The notes under the pieces are model-generated. The model was not told the origin of the DNA. It saw only the letters and a program-made list of their open reading frames with translations, and did not search any database. Positions 20,078 through 30,550 of a stretch of DNA of 64,000 nt are shown piece by piece. This DNA comes from Candidatus Binatia bacterium (lineage in GTDB: Bacteria; Desulfobacterota; Binatia; Bin18). Both the position numbers and the translations under genes were made by a program. The stretch is taken from NCBI GenBank assembly GCA_963664395.2, contig OY761159.2, positions 576,001 through 640,000 on the forward strand. Reading direction: 5' to 3'. How positions within the stretch are numbered: the first letter of the stretch is position 1; each line of letters opens with the position of its first letter.

Positions 20078-21403
20078 ATGCGGTCGGGTCTGACACTCTC
20101 ACTCTTTGTTTTCAGCGTACTCCTTGCGCCCGCGGTATGGGCCGACTCGCCTGCGGCGGCAAAAACCTGGCGGATAGTCGGAGAGCTGACCGAGGCGGAG
20201 CGCCAACTGTTCGACCCTCGGACCGACACGCCCCGCGACCCGGAGCAGCCATATATACCCGCCGAGCGCTATCCGTTTCAGCCGCCCTATACCGCAGAGG
20301 AGATGGGCTATCGGGCCATGGAGTTCAGCCACTCGCCACGCTGGTCGTGCAATTTTGTCGATGTTAGTGGGGCGCTGACCGCACACGGGTATCTCATCAC
20401 GGATAAAATGCACAGCCCGATATTCTATGTTCCAAATGCAAAGGGCATGCAGGGCTTAGAAGGCGAGCTATACGGAACGAAGCCAGGTGAGCCGACACGA
20501 AAAATAACCGGACAAACCTTTTTCCCACCAGAAAACCTCGGCAACCAGATGTTTATGACCCAGTACCGGGCCGGACAAGAGGCGCTCACCCGGTGGGATC
20601 TCTTTGTGTATTCACCTACCCTGCGCCGGGTCCGTCGTCAGCCTCAGCCACGCAGGGGTGATAAATTGGCGCAGGGAGCTGAGAGTTTTGACGATATCTT
20701 TGGCCGTGATCCCTGGGAGTTTTCTTGGAAGCTGATTGGCGTAGACACGCTGTCACAAACCGTTCGCTTCCCTAATACCCGGCCAACCGTGACCCTCGGC
20801 AGGTCCGATGGTACGCTCCACGACGTCCCAACGGATCAGATTAAGATGATGGGGGATGACTACCCTTTTTATACCAGAGAGGGCGGCATTGATTGTTGGG
20901 TACTTGAAACCATAGTAAAAGAAGAGTGGCTCCCCCACTATTATGCCCCGAAGATTATTTATTGGTTAGATAAACACTACTTTTATCCCTTGCGGATCGA
21001 ACAGTACGGACGAGACGGGAATCTTATTTTTGTGGAAACCCGTATTGCCACATACCACAATCCAAATATGAAGGATCAAGGGTACGGGTTGCTATTCAAT
21101 CATTACTGGGATGTGACACTGGACTATATGCGCTATAGCGTCCACGACACACACCATCTCAAAGAATGGTCAGCCGAGGATCAAGCAGTCTTTTTCAGTC
21201 CTGGAGTGCTGCCTCGCGTGTGGTATTTTGCTCAGCTCAAAAGTCAGTCAGAAGTGCCCGTCCCGGAGCAGTATTTTCTACGTCCGACCTTAGATCGGGA
21301 AAAGTTTCCTGGGCATCGAAAGATAGAACTCTCGGCTAACATTGAAGAGAAAATCCGAGCCCAGGAGGAGGCCGGGCATTTGGTGTTTATAGAGGAGGAT
21401 TGA
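20078..21403 (+). CDS. DUF1329-like/LolA-like exported protein
   Basis: Signal peptide; YSPTLRRVRR motif shared with the upstream paralog. Confidence 0.7.
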   Translation: MRSGLTLSLFVFSVLLAPAVWADSPAAAKTWRIVGELTEAERQLFDPRTDTPRDPEQPYIPAERYPFQPPYTAEEMGYRAMEFSHSPRWSCNFVDVSGALTAHGYLITDKMHSPIFYVPNAKGMQGLEGELYGTKPGEPTRKITGQTFFPPENLGNQMFMTQYRAGQEALTRWDLFVYSPTLRRVRRQPQPRRGDKLAQGAESFDDIFGRDPWEFSWKLIGVDTLSQTVRFPNTRPTVTLGRSDGTLHDVPTDQIKMMGDDYPFYTREGGIDCWVLETIVKEEWLPHYYAPKIIYWLDKHYFYPLRIEQYGRDGNLIFVETRIATYHNPNMKDQGYGLLFNHYWDVTLDYMRYSVHDTHHLKEWSAEDQAVFFSPGVLPRVWYFAQLKSQSEVPVPEQYFLRPTLDREKFPGHRKIELSANIEEKIRAQEEAGHLVFIEED

Positions 21404-21450
21404 GACGAACGGCTCCCCCCCCCCTACCCCCTGGATACTGGGGCTCTCAG

Positions 21451-21476
21451 AGACCCAACAGACTCAACAGACCCCT
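21451..21476. repeat. Degenerate 9-bp tandem repeat (AGACCCAAC/AGACTCAAC)
   Basis: agacccaac agactcaac agacccct between convergent genes. Confidence 0.4.
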
Positions 21477-21487
21477 CGCGTCTCCCT

Positions 21488-22495
21488 CTACCGCAACGCG
21501 ACCGACTTGTCCCGCAGGCGTGGCAGCGAAAACCACAGGTCGTTACACAGCTCCAGCTCCTCTTCGTCGAGCGTCATATCGACTGCCGGCAGGGATTGTT
21601 TGAGTTGTTCGGCTGAGGTCGCACCGACAATCGGCGCGGTGACTTCGGGCTGGGCGAGCACCCAGGCGATAGCCACTTGAGCAAGCGGTTTGTCGCGCGC
21701 GGCAAAGAATTCTTTGAGATGCTCGACTGCGGCGAACTGGGCTTCCTGCCAGTAGCGCTGGCGGTAAATTTCACCGGCTCTGCCACCAAGGGCAAAACGT
21801 GTTTCCGCGGCGGGTTCTGCGCCGGCTTGGTGTTTGCCGGTCAGAAACCCGCCGGCAAGCGGATTGTACGGAATCATGCCGATGTCCTGCTCGCGACACA
21901 GGGGAAAGAGTTCGTGTTCGATTTCACGGAACAGCATATTGTAGCGGGGCTGGACACAGTCGAAGCGCGCCAGGCCAAGCTTGTCGCTCTGCCACAGGGC
22001 TAAGGCCAGACGCCAGGCCTGGAAATTTGAGCAGCCGAGGTAACGTACTTTGCCTTGATGGACCAGGTCGTCCAGGGCGCGTAGGGTCTCCTCGATCGGC
22101 GTTTTCGGGTCGGGCGCATGGACCTGGTACAGATCGATATAATCTGTCTGCAAGCGTTTGAGACTCGCCTCAACCGCGGTGCAGATATGCTTGCGTGACA
22201 GGCCCCGGTCATTCGGCCTGTCACCCATCGCGCCCCAACATTTGGTGGCCAGGACAATGTCCTCGCGCCGGCCTTTTAACCATTTACCGACAATCTCCTC
22301 GGTACGTCCCGCGGTTTCGACGCCACCGCCGGCCGGATACACGTCCGCGTTATCAAAGAAATCCACGCCGTTCTCGAAGGCGGCATCCATAATGGCGAAG
22401 CTCTGCGCTTCTTCGCACTGCCGCCCGAAGGTCATTGTGCCCAGGCAGATTTCAGAAACCTTCAAGCCCGTTCGCCCCATGCGCTTTGTTTTCAT
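21488..22495 (-). CDS. Aldo/keto reductase
   Basis: GLKVSEICLGTMTFG, SLKRLQTDYIDLYQVH, YNPLAGGFLTGK. Confidence 0.93.
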   Translation of the reverse strand: MKTKRMGRTGLKVSEICLGTMTFGRQCEEAQSFAIMDAAFENGVDFFDNADVYPAGGGVETAGRTEEIVGKWLKGRREDIVLATKCWGAMGDRPNDRGLSRKHICTAVEASLKRLQTDYIDLYQVHAPDPKTPIEETLRALDDLVHQGKVRYLGCSNFQAWRLALALWQSDKLGLARFDCVQPRYNMLFREIEHELFPLCREQDIGMIPYNPLAGGFLTGKHQAGAEPAAETRFALGGRAGEIYRQRYWQEAQFAAVEHLKEFFAARDKPLAQVAIAWVLAQPEVTAPIVGATSAEQLKQSLPAVDMTLDEEELELCNDLWFSLPRLRDKSVALR

Positions 22496-22619
22496 CCTTC
22501 CTCCTCTTTTTTCCGTCTTACAGTCCGGTTTCAGTCTGGGATTTTTAGCGAGACTCGTATATGATCGTATTCGTATCGAATCGCAAGAGGGAATTGGCTA
22601 ACAGCGAAAGGAGACACGC

Positions 22620-24056
22620 ATGGCGCAGCAAACAAAAACGCAGGCAAAGGTCGTTCCGTTGCGGCCCCGTAAGCAGCCGTCTTCGGTGGCACTGCCCCCA
22701 CGGCAGGCAAAGGCATTACGCAAGCAGGATGCGGCCCACCTCGTCCACGGATTTGTCCCGCTCGGCTTGCAGCAAAACAAAGGGGTGCCCATTTTTGTCA
22801 AGGGCCAAGGTATCTATCTGTGGGATACGGAGGGCAAGAAATATATCGACGGCCTCTCCTCCCTCTGGAATGTGCATATCGGACATGGGCGCAAAGAAAT
22901 CAATCGGGCCGTGGCCAAGCAGATGAAGCAGTTGGCCTTTGCGCCCACGCTGATCGGCCCGACCTCGGTCCCAACGGTCCAACTGGCGGCCAAGTTGGCC
23001 AAGATCGCGCCGAAGGGTCTGAGTCGGGTGATCCTGACCTCGGGCGGCTCGGAGTCGAACGAATCGATGATCCGTCTGGTCCGCGCCTACTGGAAAGCCA
23101 AAGGGCAGCCCACAAAGACGAAGTTCATTACCCTGGAACAGGGCTATCACGGCACCTCGAGCGGTGCCGCCTCGCTGACCGGTATTCCGCTTTTTAATGA
23201 TCAAGTCGCCCCCGGTCTGCCGGGCGTCATCCATATGCCTCGCCCGTATACCTATCGCGAAAACAACGGCGCGGAGGAGCTCGAAAAAATCGTCCAGCGC
23301 GAAGGGGCGGATACTATCGGGGCTTTTGTGGCCGAGCCGATTCAGGGCGTTGGCGGCGTGATTGTTCCGCCTGATGACTGGTGGCCCAAGATTCGGGAGA
23401 TTTGCTCGCGCCATAATATCCTCATGGTGTGTGACGAAGTCATTACCGGCTTTGGTCGCACCGGGACGATGTTTGCCTCGACCGGCTTTGGCGTTGTGCC
23501 GGATATTCTTGTTTCGGCAAAAGGCGTCACGAGCGGCTATCTGCCGCTGGGCGTGGTCCTGTTCAAAGAGGAGATCTTCCAGACCTTTTTGGATACGGGC
23601 GATGATTACGCCTTCTGGCATGGCTACACCTATACCGGCCATCCAACCGTCTGCGCCGCGGCCCTGGCCAATCTCAAAATCATCGAAAAGGAAAAACTCG
23701 TCCAAAACGCCCGCACCCAGGGACGCTATTTGCAAAAACAGTTAGCCGCCCTGCACGAGCTGCCCATCGTGGGCGATACGCGCGGCAAGGGCCTGATCGC
23801 CGCGGTTGAGCTGGTCAAAGATAAAGCCACCAAGGAAATGTTCCCGGCCGAGCTGCGCATTGCGCAACAGGTCTGGGAAAAAGCCTTGGATAACGGCTTG
23901 ATTACGCGCGTGGCGGGCGCGAACAGTATTGCGCTGTGTCCGCCTCTCATCATCACCAAAAAGCAGATTGACGAGATGGTGAGTACGCTAGGCAGGGCGA
24001 TTCGAGAAGTGGCGGAGGAGCTTGACGGCGAGTGGCGGCGAGCCAGCGGCAAATAG
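22620..24056 (+). CDS. Class III PLP aminotransferase (omega-amine transaminase-like)
   Basis: SGGSESNE, GYHG, AEPIQG, DEVITGFGRTG, SAKGVTSGY. Confidence 0.92.
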   Translation: MAQQTKTQAKVVPLRPRKQPSSVALPPRQAKALRKQDAAHLVHGFVPLGLQQNKGVPIFVKGQGIYLWDTEGKKYIDGLSSLWNVHIGHGRKEINRAVAKQMKQLAFAPTLIGPTSVPTVQLAAKLAKIAPKGLSRVILTSGGSESNESMIRLVRAYWKAKGQPTKTKFITLEQGYHGTSSGAASLTGIPLFNDQVAPGLPGVIHMPRPYTYRENNGAEELEKIVQREGADTIGAFVAEPIQGVGGVIVPPDDWWPKIREICSRHNILMVCDEVITGFGRTGTMFASTGFGVVPDILVSAKGVTSGYLPLGVVLFKEEIFQTFLDTGDDYAFWHGYTYTGHPTVCAAALANLKIIEKEKLVQNARTQGRYLQKQLAALHELPIVGDTRGKGLIAAVELVKDKATKEMFPAELRIAQQVWEKALDNGLITRVAGANSIALCPPLIITKKQIDEMVSTLGRAIREVAEELDGEWRRASGK

Positions 24057-24119
24057 CGGACAAGCCACATCAAAAAGATTGGCAGGGGCAGCACTGAGAG
24101 CTGCCCCTGCCTCCTCTCC

Positions 24120-25400
24120 TTGTCCTCCGTAGCCCGGAGACCGTTCGTGCAGCATATCCGTCCTGCGTTTCTTATCGCATGCCTGCTCACGACCCTGCCA
24201 GTATCTCTCCGGGCGGGAGAAGCCGCACCTACCCACTCTCCCCAGCCCGGCGCGATTGTCCTTGAGGGGCAGAGCCTGCCCTTCCTCTATCGACACTCCC
24301 TCTCGCAGATTCAGGTGTTCGCTTTCCACTCCGCGGCGTTGACGCCCATCCCCTTCCAGATTGACGAACGCGACCGACGTGGCCGGTGGGTCATCAAAGC
24401 CGGCCCGCGTCCCAGTCGAGACGACCAGCCCGACCGGTTTGACCCCAACGATGCGATTATTTTTCTGAGACGAGATATAGGGCAGCGCGCTCCCGCGGCA
24501 GCGTTTCCGGCAGGGGCGACGCGGTGGCATGAGGTGCATCTGGGCTCCCAAGAGGCCGCACTGGGCTTTGTCTATATTCGGGTGGGAGTGAAATTGGCTC
24601 AGCCCACTCGGCCCAGCCTCGTTCGCTACGACCCCCAACAGGATCACGTCTATGCGGAACGCTATAGCCTGGCTTTTGACACGCCTTTACCCAGCCACCT
24701 CGCTTTTGTGGAATCGCCGGGCGAGTTGGGCCAGAACCTCATCTCGGGTGTTGCCGTTGCGGCTGAGGTGAGTTTTCTGGGTGGGCTGCTGAACATCCGG
24801 CGTACCGACAAAGACCTGCACGCCCGGCTATACGGCTATACCCAGGGCCCGGTCCGGGTGATTCGCCGCGCGCGCTATTGGTTTCCCCTGCCCTTTGGCC
24901 TCCGCGCGAGGGGACGGATTGATCTCATCTTTTACCCGGACTTTGTCGAGGGCACGGCCCTGGTCAAGCTCAAGATTCCGCCTCGTTTTATTCTGGCAGA
25001 CGGCGAGTTGAGCGCCGCTTTCGATTTCCTCAATTTCAGCCAAGCTCGGTTATCACCAGCAGACGATTTGCCCATAGGAGAAGAGCAGTCTCCTCGCTGG
25101 GCGGCCTTACAGCTCCCCACAGGCCAGACGCTCTTACTGGTCACGCGTCTCGAAGGCGGACTCCAGAAACTTACGCAGCGGACGTATTTTTCCAACGCCG
25201 GACCACCGCACAGTGGGCGGCCGTCTTTCGGATTTCATTTTTCCAACATCGCGCGGCTGGCTGCGGGCACCTATCGGCTCTCAGCCTTTGGCGTACTGCT
25301 GGAGACGACCGACCCAGAGATTATTCGATCCACCGCCGCCTTTTTCCTGTCGCCCCCACCCGCAAGCGTGACACCAATAGGCGGAGTCGGGTACGAGTAG
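24120..25400 (+). CDS. Hypothetical exported protein
   Basis: 426-aa ORF filling the gap; signal-like N-terminus; PIPFQIDER motif; start uncertain. Confidence 0.6.
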   Translation: MSSVARRPFVQHIRPAFLIACLLTTLPVSLRAGEAAPTHSPQPGAIVLEGQSLPFLYRHSLSQIQVFAFHSAALTPIPFQIDERDRRGRWVIKAGPRPSRDDQPDRFDPNDAIIFLRRDIGQRAPAAAFPAGATRWHEVHLGSQEAALGFVYIRVGVKLAQPTRPSLVRYDPQQDHVYAERYSLAFDTPLPSHLAFVESPGELGQNLISGVAVAAEVSFLGGLLNIRRTDKDLHARLYGYTQGPVRVIRRARYWFPLPFGLRARGRIDLIFYPDFVEGTALVKLKIPPRFILADGELSAAFDFLNFSQARLSPADDLPIGEEQSPRWAALQLPTGQTLLLVTRLEGGLQKLTQRTYFSNAGPPHSGRPSFGFHFSNIARLAAGTYRLSAFGVLLETTDPEIIRSTAAFFLSPPPASVTPIGGVGYE

Positions 25401-25434
25401 TCGCGCGTCTGGCGAGAAGCACATCGAATACGGT

Positions 25435-26526
25435 TTAGATCCCCTGCTCAACCAGGTTCCAGCCAACCGCGCAGAGCTGCTTGCACTTTTCCCCGCGAGT
25501 GATGGCTTCGGGCGAACTGGCATTGCCTTCGAGGCCACGCTTATAGACCCCCTGCACGATGGCAGCCAGCCGGAAAAGTGAAAAAACCAGATAGAATTTC
25601 CACTCCGGGATGTCGTGCTGGGCCGTCTTCTGACAGTACCAGGCAACATATTCCTCTTCGGACGGGATGCCATGGCTGGCGTAGTCTAGGCTGGTCAGGT
25701 CGCCGCGCATATCATCCGGGACGTAGTACGGCAGACAGTTATAGGCCAAGTCGGATAAGGGCGCGCCCAGCGTGCTCAGCTCCCAGTCCACTACGGCCAG
25801 CACCCTGGGTTCGGTATGATGAAAAATCATGTTTTCCAGCCGGAAATCCCCGTGAGCGATGGTTGTTTCGTGATGTGCGGGCAGATGTTCGGGCAGCCAT
25901 TGCATGAGGTTTTCCATGGCCGGCAGCTCGTCGGTTTTGCTGGCTTCATACTGTTTGGACCAGCGTCGCACCTGGCGCTCCATATACCCGCCGACTTTGC
26001 CATAGCCTTCCAGCCCGACGGCCCGAAAATCGACCTGATGGAGTTTGGTCATGACATCGACCATGGCCTGGTAAATCTCACGCCGCGCCGCCGGTTCTAA
26101 CTCGGGCAATTCATAGCCACGGAAGACCCGACCATCCACAAAATCCATGATATAGAAGTCCACCCCGATGACGCCGGGGTCCTGGCACAGGACATAGGGT
26201 TTTGCGACCGGCACCTCGGTCTGCCACAAGGCGGAAATGACCCGAAACTCGCGGTCAACCGCGTGGGCCGAGGGGAGGAGTTTGCCCGGCGGTTTTTTGC
26301 GCAGCACATAGCGCCTGCCCGCACCGTCGGTCAAAACAAAGGTCGGGTTGGACATACCGCCCCGGACCTGACCAACGTGTAATGGCGCGCTAAAGCCGTC
26401 AACGTGTTCCTGCATATAGCGTTCAAGAGCGGCTTCATCAAAGCGATGCTGGTCCAGCACCGGCGCGGTTTCTGTGGTGAGAGACGTGCGCGGTGTCAGC
26501 CGCATTTCGGATTCAGGTGTTGTCAT
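25435..26526 (-). CDS. APH-family phosphotransferase (ACAD10/11 kinase-like)
   Basis: GGMSNPT, LRKKPPG...HAVDRE, HGDFRLEN, DWELSTLG. Confidence 0.9.
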   Translation of the reverse strand: MTTPESEMRLTPRTSLTTETAPVLDQHRFDEAALERYMQEHVDGFSAPLHVGQVRGGMSNPTFVLTDGAGRRYVLRKKPPGKLLPSAHAVDREFRVISALWQTEVPVAKPYVLCQDPGVIGVDFYIMDFVDGRVFRGYELPELEPAARREIYQAMVDVMTKLHQVDFRAVGLEGYGKVGGYMERQVRRWSKQYEASKTDELPAMENLMQWLPEHLPAHHETTIAHGDFRLENMIFHHTEPRVLAVVDWELSTLGAPLSDLAYNCLPYYVPDDMRGDLTSLDYASHGIPSEEEYVAWYCQKTAQHDIPEWKFYLVFSLFRLAAIVQGVYKRGLEGNASSPEAITRGEKCKQLCAVGWNLVEQGI

Positions 26527-26618
26527 GGCTTCCCTCCCCGGAAACGTTCGAGCCCTGCGGTTTTCGACCTGTTTCAAACACTCCCGCAGGCAGAACGCAA
26601 GGCCGTAGCGAACCGGCG

Positions 26619-27173
26619 TTAGAGAATGCGGGTCTCGCGCTGGCGACCGAGTTCGACCAGGCGGAGCTGGCCATCGCCCACTTCCAGACGGGTACACGAG
26701 CAGTTGTCTGGTTCAAAACAGATCACCCGGTCATCCTGGGTGGCCGCACCGACCGCCACGTTAATGGCAATAAAGTGGGAGGTGACGACGGTCGTGGTCT
26801 TGAGGGCGACCAGGGAGGAAACGACCCGATCCCGCCACTCCTGATACTGGGGCGCAAGTTCACTCCAACGGCCGCGCATGGCCTGTCTGAGCCAGTCCGC
26901 GCGTGCTTGCAGATCTTGCGTTGGAGACGGGATCTCGGCCACCGCCGGTTCGACGTGGGCCTGGACTTTCCAGCGTTTCTCAAACGCCGCGGCGGTCAGG
27001 CGCGTGCGCTGGAGTGGGCTGGTGACAATGGGCAGCGGGCCCAGCGATTCCAATTCGTTTGTGATCGCCTCAGCCTGGGCCAAACCGATTGCATCGAGTC
27101 CGGGGTCATATGCCTGATCAAAGCCGGCGCTGGCCTGTCCGTGGCGGATTAAATACAGCGTAGTCGTGGGCAT
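26619..27173 (-). CDS. Histidine phosphatase family protein
   Basis: LIRHG, TSPLQR, SHF motifs. Confidence 0.88.
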   Translation of the reverse strand: MPTTTLYLIRHGQASAGFDQAYDPGLDAIGLAQAEAITNELESLGPLPIVTSPLQRTRLTAAAFEKRWKVQAHVEPAVAEIPSPTQDLQARADWLRQAMRGRWSELAPQYQEWRDRVVSSLVALKTTTVVTSHFIAINVAVGAATQDDRVICFEPDNCSCTRLEVGDGQLRLVELGRQRETRIL

Positions 27174-27206
27174 GCTTGTCCTTGGTATAGGGCGCTGGCG
27201 TATCCG

Positions 27207-27932
27207 TCAGCTTACATCCGGAGGCATCTCCGGCGGTCGGCTGCGAATAGCGCTTGCGGTCAGAGAATTCAAAAATTCCTGCAAGAAATCGTCCTGTTCA
27301 AATCGTGTGATGAGGGCCTGCCAGAGGGCAGGCTCGGTGTAGCCCCGGATACACGGGACAACAAACTGTTCACGATAGGCGTTCAGGGCAGCGGCGTACA
27401 GGGTGAGTCCGGTTCGATACTGTTCCAGTCCGCCCTGATAGCGGGCCAAAACCTCGGCATAGGCCTCACGAGCCTGGCAGTATTTCTCCTCCGTGAGCGT
27501 CCTTTTCCGGTGCGCTTCTTCGGCTTCAAGAAACTGCTCATGGGCCAGCCGCATCCCTTGCTCCCACTGCCGGCGTGCTGCGGCGTGTTGCTCTCTTAGC
27601 TGGACAAGCAGGGTGCGCTTAGGCCGTACGATGGTCCGACGGATTTTTCCAATCTGTCGAGCTAATGCCTGGTCGTAGTCCTCAGGAGGATGGAGGCGTA
27701 AGTTCTGGTAGATGGCCTCCTGTCCCTGGGTTTTCGATTCTGCCTCACGGACCGTTCCTTGATCAGTCCGCAGCCCAAGCACGAGAAAACCGACGCTCCG
27801 CTCGACCGCTGCAAGGCGCTCGCCACAGGCCGCGAAAGTGACTCCAGCACTCGATAAGCAGACAAGAAACGCACAGCAGACCGAGCCCCAGTTGCAAAGA
27901 AGCGGCGCACAGGAGAAACGGGCGCTTCGCAT
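27207..27932 (-). CDS. Hypothetical coiled-coil exported protein
   Basis: Long ORF in operon orientation; start moved to avoid overlap with the OsmC gene. Confidence 0.5.
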   Translation of the reverse strand: MRSARFSCAPLLCNWGSVCCAFLVCLSSAGVTFAACGERLAAVERSVGFLVLGLRTDQGTVREAESKTQGQEAIYQNLRLHPPEDYDQALARQIGKIRRTIVRPKRTLLVQLREQHAAARRQWEQGMRLAHEQFLEAEEAHRKRTLTEEKYCQAREAYAEVLARYQGGLEQYRTGLTLYAAALNAYREQFVVPCIRGYTEPALWQALITRFEQDDFLQEFLNSLTASAIRSRPPEMPPDVS

Positions 27933-27933
27933 A

Positions 27934-28362
27934 CTAGGCAGGCAGGACGGTAACATGGAGAGAATAGGCAATACTGTCTTTCAGGAGTCCGCGCACATAG
28001 CAGCCCTTTTCTGCTCGTATGACCACAGTCCGCACAGTCTCTTCAGACGCGGAACTGTGCACGGTCAAGTCAACGTCTACGGTTTTCACAAGCCCTTTTG
28101 TGTTCGACCTGACGGAAACCGACGCTCCGGCAAGCGGGACGTGACGTGCCTGCGCAGTGATCTTGAGGGACATCAGCAGACAGCCGCATAAGCTGCCCAA
28201 GAAGGCGGTGACCGGGTCAGGTGCCGCTCCGTTTCCACCTAATTCTTTGGGCTCATCAAGTGTCCAGGCATACTGACCGGCCCGGAGTTCAACCGTACAC
28301 GAATCGCTCACAAGCGATCCCACAGTGTGACGAAAGCCACCGGGAGCTGTGCTGCTATCCAT
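27934..28362 (-). CDS. OsmC/Ohr family protein
   Basis: DEPKELGG...P...LGSLCGC and AEKGCYV cysteines. Confidence 0.85.
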   Translation of the reverse strand: MDSSTAPGGFRHTVGSLVSDSCTVELRAGQYAWTLDEPKELGGNGAAPDPVTAFLGSLCGCLLMSLKITAQARHVPLAGASVSVRSNTKGLVKTVDVDLTVHSSASEETVRTVVIRAEKGCYVRGLLKDSIAYSLHVTVLPA

Positions 28363-28389
28363 AGTTGTTTTGATGACATGCAGCCGGCA

Positions 28390-28833
28390 TTAGAACTCAA
28401 TCAGTTCCAACACGGTTCCGTCCGGATCGTGGAAGCACACAAAACGGGTCATCCCGCCGCCGAGGATGGTCTCCTGCGGCGGCGAGAGAAACTCGACCCC
28501 TTTGGCTTTGAGGTCTTCGTACTCCTGCATCAAGTTTTTCGTTTTGAGTGCAATGCGGGCGATGCCGGCATGGGCGAGGTGTGGATAGGGTGTCCCGTCC
28601 GTCTTGGGCTGCTTCCATTCGATCAGGTCAATGCGCGTCGCATGCGGGTTGTCACCCAGCATCAGGAGCGCGGCCCGTGCCTGTCCGTTCGGAATCTGCA
28701 GGCCGGCGTCCAATTGCGGGCTGCTGCCGGTCCCCAGGTCGTTGACGACCCGAAAGCCCAACATTTCATAGAACGCGAGCGAACGTTCAAAGTCGGAGAC
28801 ATTGATGTTGACATGAAAAATACTTTGAATCAT
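28390..28833 (-). CDS. VOC/glyoxalase family protein
   Basis: HVNINVSDFERSLAFY, DPDGTVLELIE. Confidence 0.9.
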   Translation of the reverse strand: MIQSIFHVNINVSDFERSLAFYEMLGFRVVNDLGTGSSPQLDAGLQIPNGQARAALLMLGDNPHATRIDLIEWKQPKTDGTPYPHLAHAGIARIALKTKNLMQEYEDLKAKGVEFLSPPQETILGGGMTRFVCFHDPDGTVLELIEF

Positions 28834-30107
28834 TAGTTCCTCTCCTCTGAATCCGGAGCGCCAATCGGATACGCAATCGCTTCAATCTGAGGGGTATGCC
28901 GTGGAGCGGGACTGGCCTGGAAAATCTTTCCGAGTTCCCGGTCCAATACGTCTTCAGCGACATAGCCGGTAAAGGCGCGCTGCACTGCACCATCAGGAGA
29001 AAAGAGAAAACTACTGGGCAAGGCAAACACCTGATAGCGCAGGCCAATCTCGTCCGACGGGTCGCGGCCAATGGCGTACGGTATATTATATTTCTGTACG
29101 AAGTCCCGCACCCCGTCTTCGTCACTCTGCAAGGCAACCCCAATCACGGCAAATCCTTGGTGTTTATACTTGTGGTACATGCGGACCAAAGCCGGCGTTT
29201 CTATGATGCAGGGACCGCACCAGGTCGCCCAAAAATTGACCAGTACGACTTTCCCCTCATAGTCGGACAAGCTCACACTATCCCCATCAACAGTCGTCAG
29301 GGTAAAGTTATAGTCTCCGTATCCATTCCTCACCGGAAGGGCTTCAGACGCAACGGGAACACCTGCTTCTTGCACCTCACTGACGAGGAGCGCTTCCGGG
29401 TTCAAAAAGGTCAGACGCGACGATACCCAGGAGAGCTTATCGGTAAAGATGAGCAGGCCGACCAGGACGAGCAGCATACCAGCCGCCACTTCCATTTGCC
29501 GCAGATATCCCTTCATGCCTTTGAACAGCGACAGAAAGCCGTTCAGGAAGGCGGCAGAGAGCATAAACGGGATGCCGAGCCCCAGGGAATACGCCGCCAG
29601 CAGGAGAACTCCGTGACTGAGCGTTTCGGTCGTGGCGGCAATCGCCAGAATACCGGCCAGGATCGGGCCAACGCAGGGTGTCCAGCCAAAGGCAAAAAAG
29701 AGCCCGGCCACAAAAGCCCGGATCATCCCAGGCTCGGCAGGCTCTTTGGAAAAGCTGCGCTGTCGGAGTAAGGCCGGGATGGGCAATACCCCGGCCAGAT
29801 GCAGCCCCAGGACCATAATGCCAAGTCCGGCGATACTTTTGAGGATGCCCAGGTTTGATCTGAGCAGTCCACTCACCGCAGAGGCCGAGGCGCCGAGGGC
29901 AATAAACACCAGCGAGAAGCCACACACAAAGGGGACGCTCTTGATCAGTGCACTGGTCATCAGTTGCGCCGAGCGCTGGCGTTCGGTGAGTTGCTCAAAA
30001 CTCATACCGGTAATAAAGGTCAAATAGCCAGGCACAATGGGCAAGACGCACGGCGAGGCAAAAGACAGAAAACCTGCCAGCAGGGCAATACCAAGTCCAA
30101 TATCCAT
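28833..30107 (-). CDS. CcdA-TlpA thioredoxin fusion (DipZ-like)
   Basis: SFASPCVLP and WTPCVGP (CcdA) followed by NFWATWCGPC (TlpA). Confidence 0.9.
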   Translation of the reverse strand: MDIGLGIALLAGFLSFASPCVLPIVPGYLTFITGMSFEQLTERQRSAQLMTSALIKSVPFVCGFSLVFIALGASASAVSGLLRSNLGILKSIAGLGIMVLGLHLAGVLPIPALLRQRSFSKEPAEPGMIRAFVAGLFFAFGWTPCVGPILAGILAIAATTETLSHGVLLLAAYSLGLGIPFMLSAAFLNGFLSLFKGMKGYLRQMEVAAGMLLVLVGLLIFTDKLSWVSSRLTFLNPEALLVSEVQEAGVPVASEALPVRNGYGDYNFTLTTVDGDSVSLSDYEGKVVLVNFWATWCGPCIIETPALVRMYHKYKHQGFAVIGVALQSDEDGVRDFVQKYNIPYAIGRDPSDEIGLRYQVFALPSSFLFSPDGAVQRAFTGYVAEDVLDRELGKIFQASPAPRHTPQIEAIAYPIGAPDSEERN

Positions 30108-30550
30108 CTTTGGAGAGCATACCACAGAACGAACGGGGGAGCGATATGGCGGGAGGGACACGCGCGAATCACGACAAACCGCTTTCGATTACCGGAAGCG
30201 GGCACGAGATGCGCGGGCGAGCACGGCTGTGGCGGGACGGGGAGGCGTATCGGCGGCGGGCGCCGGAGATTGCGGCCGGGCCGTTGCCCACGGCCGAGCG
30301 GTGCGCGCCGGCCCCCTCGAGGCGGCGCGGCCACTCGTCCGTTGTGCCCCACGAAACAACCGTTGCCCACCGCCAGTGGCAACACACATAGAATACGTTG
30401 CCCAGCAGGCTGGCCTGAACGACCAATCTCAGATGTCCCGAGTCCGCACAGGTATTTGACGAAGTCGTGAAGGGTGAGTACTCTCAAGCTGGCGCCCTTG
30501 GGATCGTCGAATGACACTCAGGGCTGCACATCAAACGAGACTTTGGCGTC

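Noticed and set aside
30020-30517. Overlapping ORFs at the island edge
   Set aside because: Low-complexity Arg/Gly/Pro translations with no motif or RBS support.
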